From Candidatus Moraniibacteriota bacterium (lineage in GTDB: Bacteria; Patescibacteriota; Minisyncoccia; Moranbacterales; UBA1568): 36,788 nucleotides of DNA. Shown here piece by piece: positions 8,992-18,753 of this stretch. Position numbers and translations under genes: made by a program. The notes under the pieces were generated by a model. The model did no database searches. It saw only the letters and a program-made list of their open reading frames with translations, and was not told the DNA's origin. The DNA lies in contig JAYVWV010000022.1 in NCBI GenBank assembly GCA_043785755.1, forward strand, positions 1 to 36,788, given 5' to 3'. The stretch's first letter is position 1; every line of letters starts with the position of its first letter.

Positions 8992-9336
8992 ATGTCCGAA
9001 GAATTTTCACAGTCGCCGGTACCCCGATCGTTCAAGAGACCTTTGTTTTTGTTACTAGTTGTTTCGTTAGCGATACTGGTGTTTGTTATCTTGGTCCAGA
9101 AGAGTGTGTTCAGCAGAAAAACGGCCCTGACACCAGGCGAAGGTCTGACGACGCAGGCTCCAGTGACAGGCCCCGCTTCTCTAGCTCCTCCTGGAGTCAC
9201 CCCGAAGATGAGTGACACGAAACCGACCGCGGCGCCTGACCCGGCTGGTAAACTGACCGCTCCTCCCGCACCCGCACCCGCGGTGTCAGGTTCACCGCCT
9301 GCTGCACCTCCTGCACCGACTGGTAGGTCTCAGTGA
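8992..9336 (+). CDS. Membrane-anchored Pro/Ala-rich protein
   Basis: Single N-terminal hydrophobic helix then P/A/T-rich low-complexity tail; own TTGACA promoter at ~8929. Confidence 0.7.
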   Translation: MSEEFSQSPVPRSFKRPLFLLLVVSLAILVFVILVQKSVFSRKTALTPGEGLTTQAPVTGPASLAPPGVTPKMSDTKPTAAPDPAGKLTAPPAPAPAVSGSPPAAPPAPTGRSQ

Positions 9337-9388
9337 ACATGAGGAGCGAGGAAGTGTTTTCAAAAATAATCAAAATAAGGAAAGAAAT

Positions 9389-9784
9389 ATGTTTGACCAA
9401 TATTCGCGTGGAGTGAAGATGACCGTCGTCGTGGTAGTGATGCTCATCCTGGCTGGAGTGCTCGCCACCATGGTTTTGTTGCAGCGTGGTCTGATCGGTA
9501 AGAAGATGAATCCATCTGCCAGTATTACTCAGTCTCAGGGCACTGGTATGGTAGCGCCAACTACCCCAGGGGATCAGACCGTTGTGGTTCCTCCACCGAC
9601 TGCTGAAATCAAGCAGAATCCGGGTGCGCCGAAACTTTTGACTCCTGAGGAAGTTTTGAAAGAGCGTGGCATCACTATGCCGACTCCTCCAACTCCACCA
9701 GTCGCTCCTGTTGCCCCAGTTGCTCCAATGGCCCCGCCCGCTGCACCTGCTGCACCAGCCGCTCCAGCTCCCGCCCAACAGTAA
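9389..9784 (+). CDS. Membrane-anchored Pro/Ala-rich protein
   Basis: N-terminal TM helix, PVA/PAA repeats at the C-terminus, AAGGA upstream. Confidence 0.75.
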   Translation: MFDQYSRGVKMTVVVVVMLILAGVLATMVLLQRGLIGKKMNPSASITQSQGTGMVAPTTPGDQTVVVPPPTAEIKQNPGAPKLLTPEEVLKERGITMPTPPTPPVAPVAPVAPMAPPAAPAAPAAPAPAQQ

Positions 9785-9830
9785 ATTTTTCTGTCATCCA
9801 TCTCATGATTTTTATATCATGAAGTGAAAA

Positions 9831-10002
9831 ATGAAAAACCGCTCCTGATGCGGTGTTGCAAGCGGGAAATCCCGGATCGCTCACTCCTGCGCCGGTAGCG
9901 CCTGCTCCAGCCACTCCGGCCGCGGCTCCTGCGACGGTGCATGTGCCCACCCCTTCGATCGCTCCTTTGCCGACCACACCCGCGTCGGGATCTCAACGAT
10001 AA
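9831..10002 (+). pseudogene. Third Pro/Ala-rich ORF, frameshifted or truncated at its start
   Basis: Frame from 9835 reads KTAPDAVLQAGNPGSLTPAPVAPAPATPAAAP...SGSQR*; ATG 9831 is one base out of frame in an A run. Confidence 0.4.
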
Positions 10003-10028
10003 TATAAAAACCAATCGGGACAAGATCT

Positions 10029-13000
10029 ATGCCGAGATTTCAAATAGCCTCATACTTGAGGAAAATACAGAGCGTCAGTCAGGCACTGACGTTTGGTTTC
10101 GGTATTCTTTCCTTTGGTCTGATCATCGGTCTTTCTTTCCAGTTTGTTCGAGCCTGGACCGGACCGGCCGGTGTCCCGCCGAGTGGTAACCTACCTGGAC
10201 CACTCAACACGAGTGCGAATGCCCAGACCAAAGCCGGTCAACTCAGCATCACGGGTGGTGGTAATGTTGCCGCGGGCAGTGTTGGTGGGCTTCGAATCGG
10301 AAACCAGTCGTTCAGTTCCGCTGCAGGGTGGCTCTATCTTGGTGATGCTGCTAACGTGCTGTATCAGGGGCAGGGCATTGCGATGTCAAATTTATGGGTG
10401 GCCAGTGTCAATACACTTGGTCCAGGAGCTTTCATTTCGGACGCGGACGTGGCCGGCGCTTACTTCGTTGATCCCAGCCTCACTTCCAACATGTACATCG
10501 TCAAGCGCTACGGTGGCTTCGATGATGGTGTTGCCGGCGGGGAAGTTGATGTCAATGATCCAACGTACAAAGTCAACCCGAGTGGTGATACCATCCTGAA
10601 ACGCCTGTGTTTGAGTAGCGTCTGTAATGCTGCCTGGCCAGCGGGCAATGTGACTGGCAGCGGGACGATCAACAGGATCCCTCTGTGGACCGGTACCACG
10701 GCTCTGGGTGATTCACCGCTTTCGGCGAGCGGGACCACTGTCACCGCGTCCGGCAATCTTACTGTTAATGGCCTGACGAGTGCTAACGGGAGCTTACTTG
10801 TGAGTGATGGTGGTGGATCGTGGTCCCGTATCTATATGGTTAATGCCGGATCATCGGGTGGTACCAAGTCCATTTATGCTAACTCGAACCTCATCGGTTT
10901 CGTGAATGGAGGTGGAAGCTGGCTGTCTTATTGGGACACTAACGGGAATATGACCAATGCCGGGAGTATTTCTACGGTAAATGGGAGTATTGCGAGTAGT
11001 TCTTATCTCGTAGCCAATGGAGGCGGGCAGCCTTCTTACTTGCGCTACACCCCAGACGGCATAAATTATTACAATTATTTGCGTGGAGATACGTATTTTA
11101 AGGGGAGACTGGTTGACGAGAACAATTCTGGGTACTTCATCGTTCCGAGCGGCACTTCCAACATGTACATCGTCAAGCGCTATGGCGGATATGCTGCCGG
11201 TGGAGAAGTCGATGTCGATGATCCAAGATACAAAGTCGACCCCAGTGGTGATACCATCCTGAATCGCCTGTGTTTGGGTGGTACGTGTCTGTCAGCGATG
11301 CCAGCTGATCCTACCGGGGTCTATCTCCCCTTGGCTGGCGGAACGATGAATGCTGGAGCCACTATCGGTTTCAATGGTGGAACCGCCTACGGGATAGGAG
11401 TACTAGGCAACAAAAACTCAATTTCAGTTGATACGGTAGATTCTGGGAGTGCTTCTGACCCCCTTGAACTCGCTTACTATAATGGTGCTGAAGTAAGAGT
11501 TGGTCAGCCTGGTGGTGGGTTGAGTGTAGCCAATAAACCTATCTACGCCTCAGTGTTCAGTGATGGAAATGATTGGCATTACTATGTCGACCCGAATGGT
11601 GGCAGTCGATTGAATGCTATCTACCCGAACACTATTTGGACACAGTCCCAGGGACAAGTTGCTCAGCGCTGGGATGCGTCTGTTTACGTCCTGGAAGCTG
11701 ACTACTGGTACGCTCACGCCAATGATGGTCGGTCGATGTTATTGGGAGAGAATACAAATAATGTCATCGTGCGTGGCATCCTGACTCCAAGCAGTCTCTG
11801 TCTCAGTAATGGATGTTTGAGTGCCTGGCCAGCGGGCAATGTGACCGGTAGCGGGACGATCAACAGGATCCCTCTGTGGACCGGTACCACGGCTCTGGGT
11901 GATTCACCGCTTTCGGCGAGCGGGGCGAATGTAACCGCGTCCGGTACTTTCACTGCGAACGGCAACGTGATTAATAATCAGCCATCCCAAGGAACCTTGG
12001 GACTCACAGGGGATTTGCCAGGCTATGCCGATGGACTGTACCCTACCCTGAAAACGAACGGAACATACATATATTTCTCGACTGCCGGGGCTTACATTGG
12101 ATACCTTTGGGCCGGGGGGATGGTGGCGTCGACCTTCACTGATTACAACGATCCGCGCTACTCTGTCGACCCGAATGGGACTTCTTACCTTAATAATGTG
12201 CATACGGATGGGTCGGTTCTCTTCGCTGGGTACGGTCATGAAACTTGGTTTCCATACGTCAATGGTTGGAACTACCTGCGCGGTCCGACCAATCTGTGGG
12301 GTGTTCTTTTTGATGAACAGAATAACGGCTATAGACTCGACCTCAACGACTGGTCCAATGCCTACATCTTCTACCGTGCTTACGGCTATAATGGTCCGGA
12401 GCGTGATATTGATAATCCGGGCTACTATCTCGACCCAAGCAGTGTTAGCAATCTCGATACACTGTGTATCAGGGGTACTTGTAAGACGGCCTGGCCAGCT
12501 GATCCTACCGGGTCCTACCTTTCCTTGGCTGGCGGAACGATGAATAGTGGCGCAGTCATTGACAACGCTGGTCGTATGCATATTGCCTCGACGGAGAATA
12601 TCTACCTCCTCGCCAGAGGTGGCACTACCTATGTTTCGGGTGCCTGGGGTGGTGCTGCCAATCTTTTTGTCGATGGCTTTACGACAGCCAACAACGGTTT
12701 GAAAGTCAGTAACGCCGGTGGGGCATACTCATATATTTACATGGCGGATGACCAATCACCGAATGGCGTCAAATACATCCATGCCGATAGTAATTATATT
12801 GGATTTCTCGGTGGCGCCTCTGGCTGGCTGACGCGTTGGGACGAGGCGGGCAATATGGTGAACACCGGGAATATTAATGCCGCCGGAGGCGTCACTGCCA
12901 GTTTCCTTCGGAGTACTGGCAATGTCTATACCGATTGGAACTATGGCTATGGCTTGGTGGGGGTGTATGATTCCTATCGTTATCAGGGAATCTTTGCTAT

Positions 13001-13661
13001 GAGTGATTCCTACAAGCTACCAGCGGATGGCTCTGGTACTGGTAACCTCTATGGCCTAGCCTGGACCCATAGTAATGCGGGCGGACAGTCCAAACCTGGT
13101 CTCGGTCATCAGCTGTTGGTGATGACCAGCGGCACGACGACGGCGGCCATTGGCAATGGTTTTTGGACCAATTATGCTTCCTCTCTCTCGTATATCGCCG
13201 ATACGGATGATCCGGGCTACTATCTCGACCCGAATCAGACTTCTTACCTCAACACTCTCTATGCCAGTGCTTTCTACTATAATTCCGATGAGACCCTCAA
13301 GAAGAATATCGTGACCATCCCGAACGCTCTCGACGACATCCTAGCCCTTCGGGGTGTCCGCTTCAACTGGAAGAGCGATGATACCCTGAGCGTCGGTGTC
13401 ATCGCTCAGGAAGTCGAGAAAGTGTACCCAGAGCTGGTCGCAACCGATGAAAAAACCGGCCTCAAGTCTGTGGAGTACGGCAACCTGGTCGGCCCCATCA
13501 TTGAGGCTATCAAAAGCCTCAATCAGAAGGTAGAGAGTGTGCTGGCACGGAGTGACGTAGCCGAAGAGCGTGCCCTCGAACAAGCGGCCACCATCGCCAC
13601 CCAGCAAAAGGCCATCGAACAATTACAAAGCGAAGTGGAGCTCTTGCGAAGCAATAAATAG
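10029..13661 (+). CDS. Large secreted fibre/adhesin with repeated modules and C-terminal peptidase S74 intramolecular chaperone
   Basis: N-terminal TM plus AWTGP..PP.GN..PLN; repeated Y.(V/L)DP..S.LN and LC.xxxC..AWP motifs; SDETLKKNI...GVIAQEVEKVYPELV then coiled coil. Confidence 0.85.
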   Translation: MPRFQIASYLRKIQSVSQALTFGFGILSFGLIIGLSFQFVRAWTGPAGVPPSGNLPGPLNTSANAQTKAGQLSITGGGNVAAGSVGGLRIGNQSFSSAAGWLYLGDAANVLYQGQGIAMSNLWVASVNTLGPGAFISDADVAGAYFVDPSLTSNMYIVKRYGGFDDGVAGGEVDVNDPTYKVNPSGDTILKRLCLSSVCNAAWPAGNVTGSGTINRIPLWTGTTALGDSPLSASGTTVTASGNLTVNGLTSANGSLLVSDGGGSWSRIYMVNAGSSGGTKSIYANSNLIGFVNGGGSWLSYWDTNGNMTNAGSISTVNGSIASSSYLVANGGGQPSYLRYTPDGINYYNYLRGDTYFKGRLVDENNSGYFIVPSGTSNMYIVKRYGGYAAGGEVDVDDPRYKVDPSGDTILNRLCLGGTCLSAMPADPTGVYLPLAGGTMNAGATIGFNGGTAYGIGVLGNKNSISVDTVDSGSASDPLELAYYNGAEVRVGQPGGGLSVANKPIYASVFSDGNDWHYYVDPNGGSRLNAIYPNTIWTQSQGQVAQRWDASVYVLEADYWYAHANDGRSMLLGENTNNVIVRGILTPSSLCLSNGCLSAWPAGNVTGSGTINRIPLWTGTTALGDSPLSASGANVTASGTFTANGNVINNQPSQGTLGLTGDLPGYADGLYPTLKTNGTYIYFSTAGAYIGYLWAGGMVASTFTDYNDPRYSVDPNGTSYLNNVHTDGSVLFAGYGHETWFPYVNGWNYLRGPTNLWGVLFDEQNNGYRLDLNDWSNAYIFYRAYGYNGPERDIDNPGYYLDPSSVSNLDTLCIRGTCKTAWPADPTGSYLSLAGGTMNSGAVIDNAGRMHIASTENIYLLARGGTTYVSGAWGGAANLFVDGFTTANNGLKVSNAGGAYSYIYMADDQSPNGVKYIHADSNYIGFLGGASGWLTRWDEAGNMVNTGNINAAGGVTASFLRSTGNVYTDWNYGYGLVGVYDSYRYQGIFAMSDSYKLPADGSGTGNLYGLAWTHSNAGGQSKPGLGHQLLVMTSGTTTAAIGNGFWTNYASSLSYIADTDDPGYYLDPNQTSYLNTLYASAFYYNSDETLKKNIVTIPNALDDILALRGVRFNWKSDDTLSVGVIAQEVEKVYPELVATDEKTGLKSVEYGNLVGPIIEAIKSLNQKVESVLARSDVAEERALEQAATIATQQKAIEQLQSEVELLRSNK
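10631..11924 (+). repeat. Intragenic direct repeat, 103 bp, at 10631-10733 and 11822-11924
   Basis: Encodes AWPAGNVTGSGTINRIPLWTGTTALGDSPLSASG twice, 2 nt differences seen; further repeats near 10482/11154 and 11301/12495. Confidence 0.9.
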
Positions 13662-13679
13662 CCGTCTAAACAGTATCGC

Positions 13680-14411
13680 GTGATGACCGAGAAGTTTATT
13701 GTCGCCCTTTTGGCGGTGACGACGTTGCTGGTCGGGGTCGTGACCGTGACCCGAGGAGTCGTGGTGCTGGAAGAAAAGCAATCTTTTTCGGGCCATCCAT
13801 CCGATTTGCCGTCCAATTGGCTCTCCAATGTGCCATCTAACCTGCCAGCGAACCCGGCGTCACCATTGTCAGGTCAGTCTGGGACGGGTATCTTGCCGAC
13901 CCCCGAGACGCCTACTCCTGCTCCGGTGCCCGGGAAAAGCGCGAAAATCGCCCACACTTCCCCGCCTTTCGGTATTCCCGCCGCTGTTCCGAAATCTCCC
14001 CCCGTGCCCCTCCCTGGGCCGGCCGTAGGCCTACCCCCTCAGACTACCCCACAGCCTCAGAGTCAACCGTTCTCGAGGGAGGTGTCGGGAGAGATTAAGA
14101 GTGTTTCTCAGAATAAAATGATCATTTTTCTGTATCAGGATGGCATGGTCACGAAAGATGAAAAGACCGTTCTCTTGTCTGACGGTACCAAGGTGTATGA
14201 GATGATACTGAAAGACCAAGGTGTTTTTGAAAAAGAACACGCGGCCTATCGGGCCAAGCATGATATTTCCTTGCCCACGCCTCAGATGGCTGAAATGAAA
14301 AAATCAAATAGGAGTGCCCTGGTGGTCGGGAAGCGGGTGGCGGTGGTGATTGACCAAGACCCGGCTGCATCCACGATAGCGGCCCTCAGTGTCAAGGTGC
14401 AGGAATACTAG
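13680..14411 (+). CDS. Membrane-anchored protein with Pro-rich linker and small C-terminal beta domain
   Basis: N-terminal hydrophobic helix, P-rich middle, VSGEIKSVS...LVVGKRVAV globular end. Confidence 0.75.
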   Translation: MMTEKFIVALLAVTTLLVGVVTVTRGVVVLEEKQSFSGHPSDLPSNWLSNVPSNLPANPASPLSGQSGTGILPTPETPTPAPVPGKSAKIAHTSPPFGIPAAVPKSPPVPLPGPAVGLPPQTTPQPQSQPFSREVSGEIKSVSQNKMIIFLYQDGMVTKDEKTVLLSDGTKVYEMILKDQGVFEKEHAAYRAKHDISLPTPQMAEMKKSNRSALVVGKRVAVVIDQDPAASTIAALSVKVQEY

Positions 14412-14438
14412 TCTTTGTAACATGGGTGTACGGAAAGT

Positions 14439-15236
14439 ATGAAACACGGCAAGCGCTTCTGGTGGACAAGTGGATTCATATCTTTGGTAGGCGTTGTTCT
14501 CCTGGGGGGCTACGCAGAACGGCCAGCGCTCGGCTGGCTCGTGTGGGATGTATTTCACGGGGCCACGGTCGCGACAGCGCTCAATCCGGCCGATGCCTCA
14601 TTGTATTTCGCTATCGGCAACGCCTCCTTCGGTGAGAGCAGGGCGTATGATCTTCCGAAGGCCGAGCAATACTTCCTGCGTGCCACGGCTCTTGATGATA
14701 CACTTCCGAGCGCTCACTACCAGTTGGCTCGGGTGTATTTCATCGAGGGGCGTTTTTTTTCGGCTTTGGAGGAAATCAACAAGGAGATTACATTGTACCC
14801 GGACTTCAAGCGCTCCCACTATGTGCGTGGGCTGATTTATGGATATACGCGAGTGTTCGATTTGGCAGTAGCAGACTTTCGGGAGTTTTTGGTGTTCAAG
14901 CCGGAGAGTTGGGCGGCTCACAACGATTTGGCCTGGATCTATTTTCAGATGGGCGATTATACCCAGGCTCTGGCGACGACGGAAGAAGGACTTCGTACCA
15001 CACCAGACAATATGTGGCTCTTCAATTCACAGGGGGTGGCGCTCCTCAACCTTGGGCGCAAGGATGAGGCGAAAGAATCTTTCAAGCGGGCACTCGCCCT
15101 GTCTCTTAACGCCACGCCGGAGCAGTGGGGATGGTCATACCCTGGTAACGACCCAGAGATTTATGGAGAGGGGTTGACCGCTATGCAGGATTCGATACGG
15201 AGGAACCTGGCGCTCCTTGCTGCGAAAGAGCAGTAG
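14439..15236 (+). CDS. Tetratricopeptide repeat protein with N-terminal anchor
   Basis: Several TPR motifs (AHYQLARVYF, SHYVRGLIY, AHNDLAWIYF, NSQGVALLNLG). Confidence 0.88.
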   Translation: MKHGKRFWWTSGFISLVGVVLLGGYAERPALGWLVWDVFHGATVATALNPADASLYFAIGNASFGESRAYDLPKAEQYFLRATALDDTLPSAHYQLARVYFIEGRFFSALEEINKEITLYPDFKRSHYVRGLIYGYTRVFDLAVADFREFLVFKPESWAAHNDLAWIYFQMGDYTQALATTEEGLRTTPDNMWLFNSQGVALLNLGRKDEAKESFKRALALSLNATPEQWGWSYPGNDPEIYGEGLTAMQDSIRRNLALLAAKEQ

Positions 15237-15285
15237 TGATTTTTGTGGTATAATATATCTTGTATAATATCTCGCGAGGAAAACT

Positions 15286-15747
15286 ATGAAAAAGACACTG
15301 AAGATGACATCAGTCATACCTGGGAGGAATAGTGTCGGCGGAAATATTCTTCTTGCGGGCCTTCTTTTAGTGCTAGTTGTCTCTGCTGGGCTCCTCTCCG
15401 TTCGTCAGTCGAGTGCTTTGCATCGGGCGGAGCCGTCGGTAGAAGTATCTTTTTCTTCCCTGTCGCCGAGCGGTGCTCTGGGGGGTGAGATCATCCCTGC
15501 GTCCTGCGAATCGGGAGGGTATGATCATACGGCCGGTAGAGCGATTACCAATATTGTAACGAATAATGGATCCTCTCCCGAACCGAGGATTCAACCTGGG
15601 GGCAGCTATCGAGCCTCGGCATTCGGGAACTATTGCTTCGGTAACAGGGGGTCGTTAAGTTATCTGGCTCCACTGCGGTCGTGGGCGGAGTTTATTTCGT
15701 TTTGGAACAGAATTGGGAGTTTATCGGGTCTGTATACCATTCCATAA
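15286..15747 (+). CDS. Secreted/membrane hypothetical protein
   Basis: GAGGA SD, hydrophobic N-terminal helix, GGEIIPASCES. Confidence 0.7.
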   Translation: MKKTLKMTSVIPGRNSVGGNILLAGLLLVLVVSAGLLSVRQSSALHRAEPSVEVSFSSLSPSGALGGEIIPASCESGGYDHTAGRAITNIVTNNGSSPEPRIQPGGSYRASAFGNYCFGNRGSLSYLAPLRSWAEFISFWNRIGSLSGLYTIP

Positions 15748-15798
15748 ACATTTTCTCTTGATACCTCGAAGATTTTTGAGCAGTTTCATTTTAAAAAA

Positions 15799-16884
15799 GT
15801 GTATTTTGCTACTGATGTGAAGAAACACACGATTCCCTTATTTGTTTTGTTCTTTGGCGCCGGGTTCCTGGTGCTGGTTTTTGGTATCCGGGCCAGTTTC
15901 ACTCAGAATACGATTGGTTGGATTTGGGGCGGGATGGACGCGACCGGGGGCGGGACAACCACCCTCGGGTGGATCAGTCTCAACAGCCGTGACTGTGATA
16001 CTGATGGCAATGGTACCGTGACGGGAGCAGAACAAGTGACGCATCCGGGCTGTCCTCCTGGAGCCATCATCGATTATGGCGTCAATGTGCCGGAAGTCAG
16101 TGGCGATCTCAGTGGCTATGCTTGGAGCGAGAACTACGGTTGGATTTCTTTCGAGCCCGGCGATATGGCTGGTTGCCCGAGCGGGACCTGTAGTGCCCGG
16201 CGCGCGGTCAACAGTCTGGCTGGTTGGGGGCGTATTCTCTCGATCCGTGATGGCGGGGCGGGGTGGAATGGTTGGCTCAAGCTCGGATCGGATGGGAGTG
16301 ACGCCGTCTCTTACGGAGTGACCTTGAGCGGTCGTGACATGAGCGGCTATGCCTATTCCGACGAGCTCGGGTGGATTGATTTTTCCTCCGCCAAGATCCT
16401 GCCGAATGATTTTCTCCAGCTCTGTGTTGATGGCGTACCATTTATGATTCAGGGGGATGCTCCAAAGGGATTCACGATGAGTAATGGCGCGACAGTGTCT
16501 ATCCAAACATATTATGATAACACGAACGACTGTTTGGGAACTCCCGTGACAGGAGCGATGACATTTGTTGAGTCTGCTGGTAATCCCAATGCAGCTGTCA
16601 TCACACTGAGTGCTAACGGGCCGAGTGGGAGAGGGGCTACGGGGAACATTAACACTGCGCCAAGCGGGAAAGATATAGGGACAGAAACAGTCGCGGCTAC
16701 GTATAACAGCCTTACTCTTACCATTAATTTTAGAGTCGAGGAAGTGTGTTCGTCCAATTGCCCTGTCGCCGAAGCGACCACATGTATCGGAACGTCCTAT
16801 CATGTCAACAACAGTTGTCAGCAAGATGAAGTGTGCGGCGGTACCCGCGCCTGCGACTACAACTACAAGGAAGTGGCCCCGTAG
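15799..16884 (+). CDS. Secreted Cys-rich protein with GYAWSENxGWI repeats (CPR surface protein type)
   Basis: GWIWG..GWISL, SGYAWSENYGWISF, SGYAYSDELGWIDF; Cys-rich C-terminus; start may be GTG 15817. Confidence 0.8.
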   Translation: MYFATDVKKHTIPLFVLFFGAGFLVLVFGIRASFTQNTIGWIWGGMDATGGGTTTLGWISLNSRDCDTDGNGTVTGAEQVTHPGCPPGAIIDYGVNVPEVSGDLSGYAWSENYGWISFEPGDMAGCPSGTCSARRAVNSLAGWGRILSIRDGGAGWNGWLKLGSDGSDAVSYGVTLSGRDMSGYAYSDELGWIDFSSAKILPNDFLQLCVDGVPFMIQGDAPKGFTMSNGATVSIQTYYDNTNDCLGTPVTGAMTFVESAGNPNAAVITLSANGPSGRGATGNINTAPSGKDIGTETVAATYNSLTLTINFRVEEVCSSNCPVAEATTCIGTSYHVNNSCQQDEVCGGTRACDYNYKEVAP

Positions 16885-16924
16885 ACGGGGTGACGATGCC
16901 TCCAGCATAACAGAAGCAGGAAAC

Positions 16925-16964
16925 AAAAAGCTGACAGAGCAGTAATGCTTCTGTCAGTTTTTTT
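16925..16964. terminator. Bidirectional intrinsic terminator
   Basis: AAAAAGCTGACAGA..TCTGTCAGTTTTTTT between convergent genes. Confidence 0.75.
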
Positions 16965-17112
16965 GTTTGACTGATTTTCCTCGCTCAAAAAAATGACGAC
17001 AATATATCTGTCTGTCAGAAATTCGAGTGTTGTGTACGATTTCCCCGTCCTTTTTTGGAAATAATTTTCCTTGTCATTCGCGGGATTGACCCGGAGATTC
17101 GAATAATGGCTT

Positions 17113-18582
17113 CTATAGGCCAAAAAATGAGGTGTATTGGAGAAGGGCGATACTGACGACAGTATTGGTGTCAGAAGAAGAGCCGCGGACGATGTACAGG
17201 GTATCCGTTGAGAGGCGAGGCAGGACCTGGAGTGGGGGAACATTAAGCGTCATTAGGTCAGCGAGGGCACGCCGGTCGCGACTGTCGAGTTCGACCATCT
17301 TGATACTCTTGTCTAAGGAAAAAATAACGTGTTCATAGTCTTTGGCCCACTGGACATTTTTGATGGGCGTGGAGAAGCGGGCGATTTGGATGACGCTGTC
17401 CTGAGCGCGTATGGGCTGGGTTTGCCAGGCTTCATTGAAGTAGACGGACACTTCGTTATCCGTAAAAAAGAGGAGTTTTTTGCCGTCGTCGGAGTACTGA
17501 ATGCCCTGGACGCCTTGCTCTAGTTCCTTCAAGACATTTTCGCTCAACAGTCCATTGTAGACAAAGAGCGCCCCACTTTTTTCATCAATGACCGAGACAC
17601 GGGTTTCATTGTAGGCGATGAGTGAGTAGGGATGACCGAGATCGAGTATAATCGGTAGGGAAGTGATCTGGCGCGGTGTTCCGTTCGTGTCATTCCCGTT
17701 CATCTGGTACACGACGCCGTTTTGATCGTTTAAGTAGTAGAGGTTCTTGCCTGAGATATCGTAGGCGGTGACGTGATCAGTGATGACTTCCGTGGCCGTT
17801 TCGGGACTACTGGTATCGAAGCGATAGAGCACATCTTGGTTGAGGAAAAAAAGATGATCTTTGGTGGTAGCGTCCCAGCGCGGTGCCTGGAGTGGTGTAG
17901 CGATATGGACAGCGTCATTGAGGTAAAAAACCTCTTTCGTTTTGATGGTGACGACAGCATAGATGGGCTGGTCATTCTTGATAAGGGGAATGATCAGTTT
18001 GTGGCTCTCTGGCGACCATTCGATGTTGGTCTTGAAGGTGGGGAGAAAGAGAGCATCTGTTGTACTGAAAACCTCATTGTCGGTGTCAGCCTTGGTGTCG
18101 AGGACGTCGACAGCGTAGCGGTTACCATTTTTTTTGACAGTGGCAAACAGTCCGTTGGGAGCGGGAAACATTTTGATTACCGTATCTGTACCCGGGACTG
18201 GCACCTGCTCATAGGTGTCCCGGACCAGGAAGATGCTCCAGAATTCAGTGGCCAGGCCGCTTTGAATGACTGTTTTCTTGCTCCAGGGCTGGTAGCCTGG
18301 GGCACTCACTTCGACTAAGTGTTCGCCTGGATTGAGACCAGTCAGGTGGATGGAGTTATTGAGGAGGCCCAGGCGCTTCTCGGGGATGGCGGTGCCGTCG
18401 ATCTTGATGTTGACCGTCTGGACATTGGTTTTGAGGGAAAGTGAGCCTGTATAGATGAAAATTCCGCGTTCGAAGCTGAAGCGGTAGCCGAAGGCATAAA
18501 AGACGACTGACGAGGCGGTCACAAAGAAAACGCCCACGAAGAGGAGGAAGAGAACGGTGCGGTAGCGGTGGATGGCGGCCAT
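17113..18582 (-). CDS. PEGA-domain membrane protein with beta-propeller-like C-terminus
   Basis: TM then YAFGYRF..TGSLSL, LNPGEHLVEVSAPGYQPWSK (PEGA), WSPESHK and YSDDGKKL blades; ATG at 18582. Confidence 0.82.
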   Translation of the reverse strand: MAAIHRYRTVLFLLFVGVFFVTASSVVFYAFGYRFSFERGIFIYTGSLSLKTNVQTVNIKIDGTAIPEKRLGLLNNSIHLTGLNPGEHLVEVSAPGYQPWSKKTVIQSGLATEFWSIFLVRDTYEQVPVPGTDTVIKMFPAPNGLFATVKKNGNRYAVDVLDTKADTDNEVFSTTDALFLPTFKTNIEWSPESHKLIIPLIKNDQPIYAVVTIKTKEVFYLNDAVHIATPLQAPRWDATTKDHLFFLNQDVLYRFDTSSPETATEVITDHVTAYDISGKNLYYLNDQNGVVYQMNGNDTNGTPRQITSLPIILDLGHPYSLIAYNETRVSVIDEKSGALFVYNGLLSENVLKELEQGVQGIQYSDDGKKLLFFTDNEVSVYFNEAWQTQPIRAQDSVIQIARFSTPIKNVQWAKDYEHVIFSLDKSIKMVELDSRDRRALADLMTLNVPPLQVLPRLSTDTLYIVRGSSSDTNTVVSIALLQYTSFFGL

Positions 18583-18753
18583 AGGGAGTTTGAAAGTCTG
18601 TTCCAAGTATACCCCAAAAGGGCAGAGCCGGGAAAATGAGCTTAAGGCCTCTTTAAGATAGCGAGAATTCTCCTTTGACAAGGCCATTCTGCGGGCAGTA
18701 TACTTGGGAGTATTGATAAGCAGTTTTTGTGGCGACTTTTGACCGATGTTTTT

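Noticed and set aside
10029-13661. Prophage or DGR target
   Set aside because: No capsid, terminase, integrase or reverse transcriptase in the window; repeat differences are not adenine-specific
15838-16926. 362-aa minus-strand ORF (and 7693-8550, 7179-7751, 33324-34016)
   Set aside because: Antisense shadows of well-supported plus-strand genes, with no motifs
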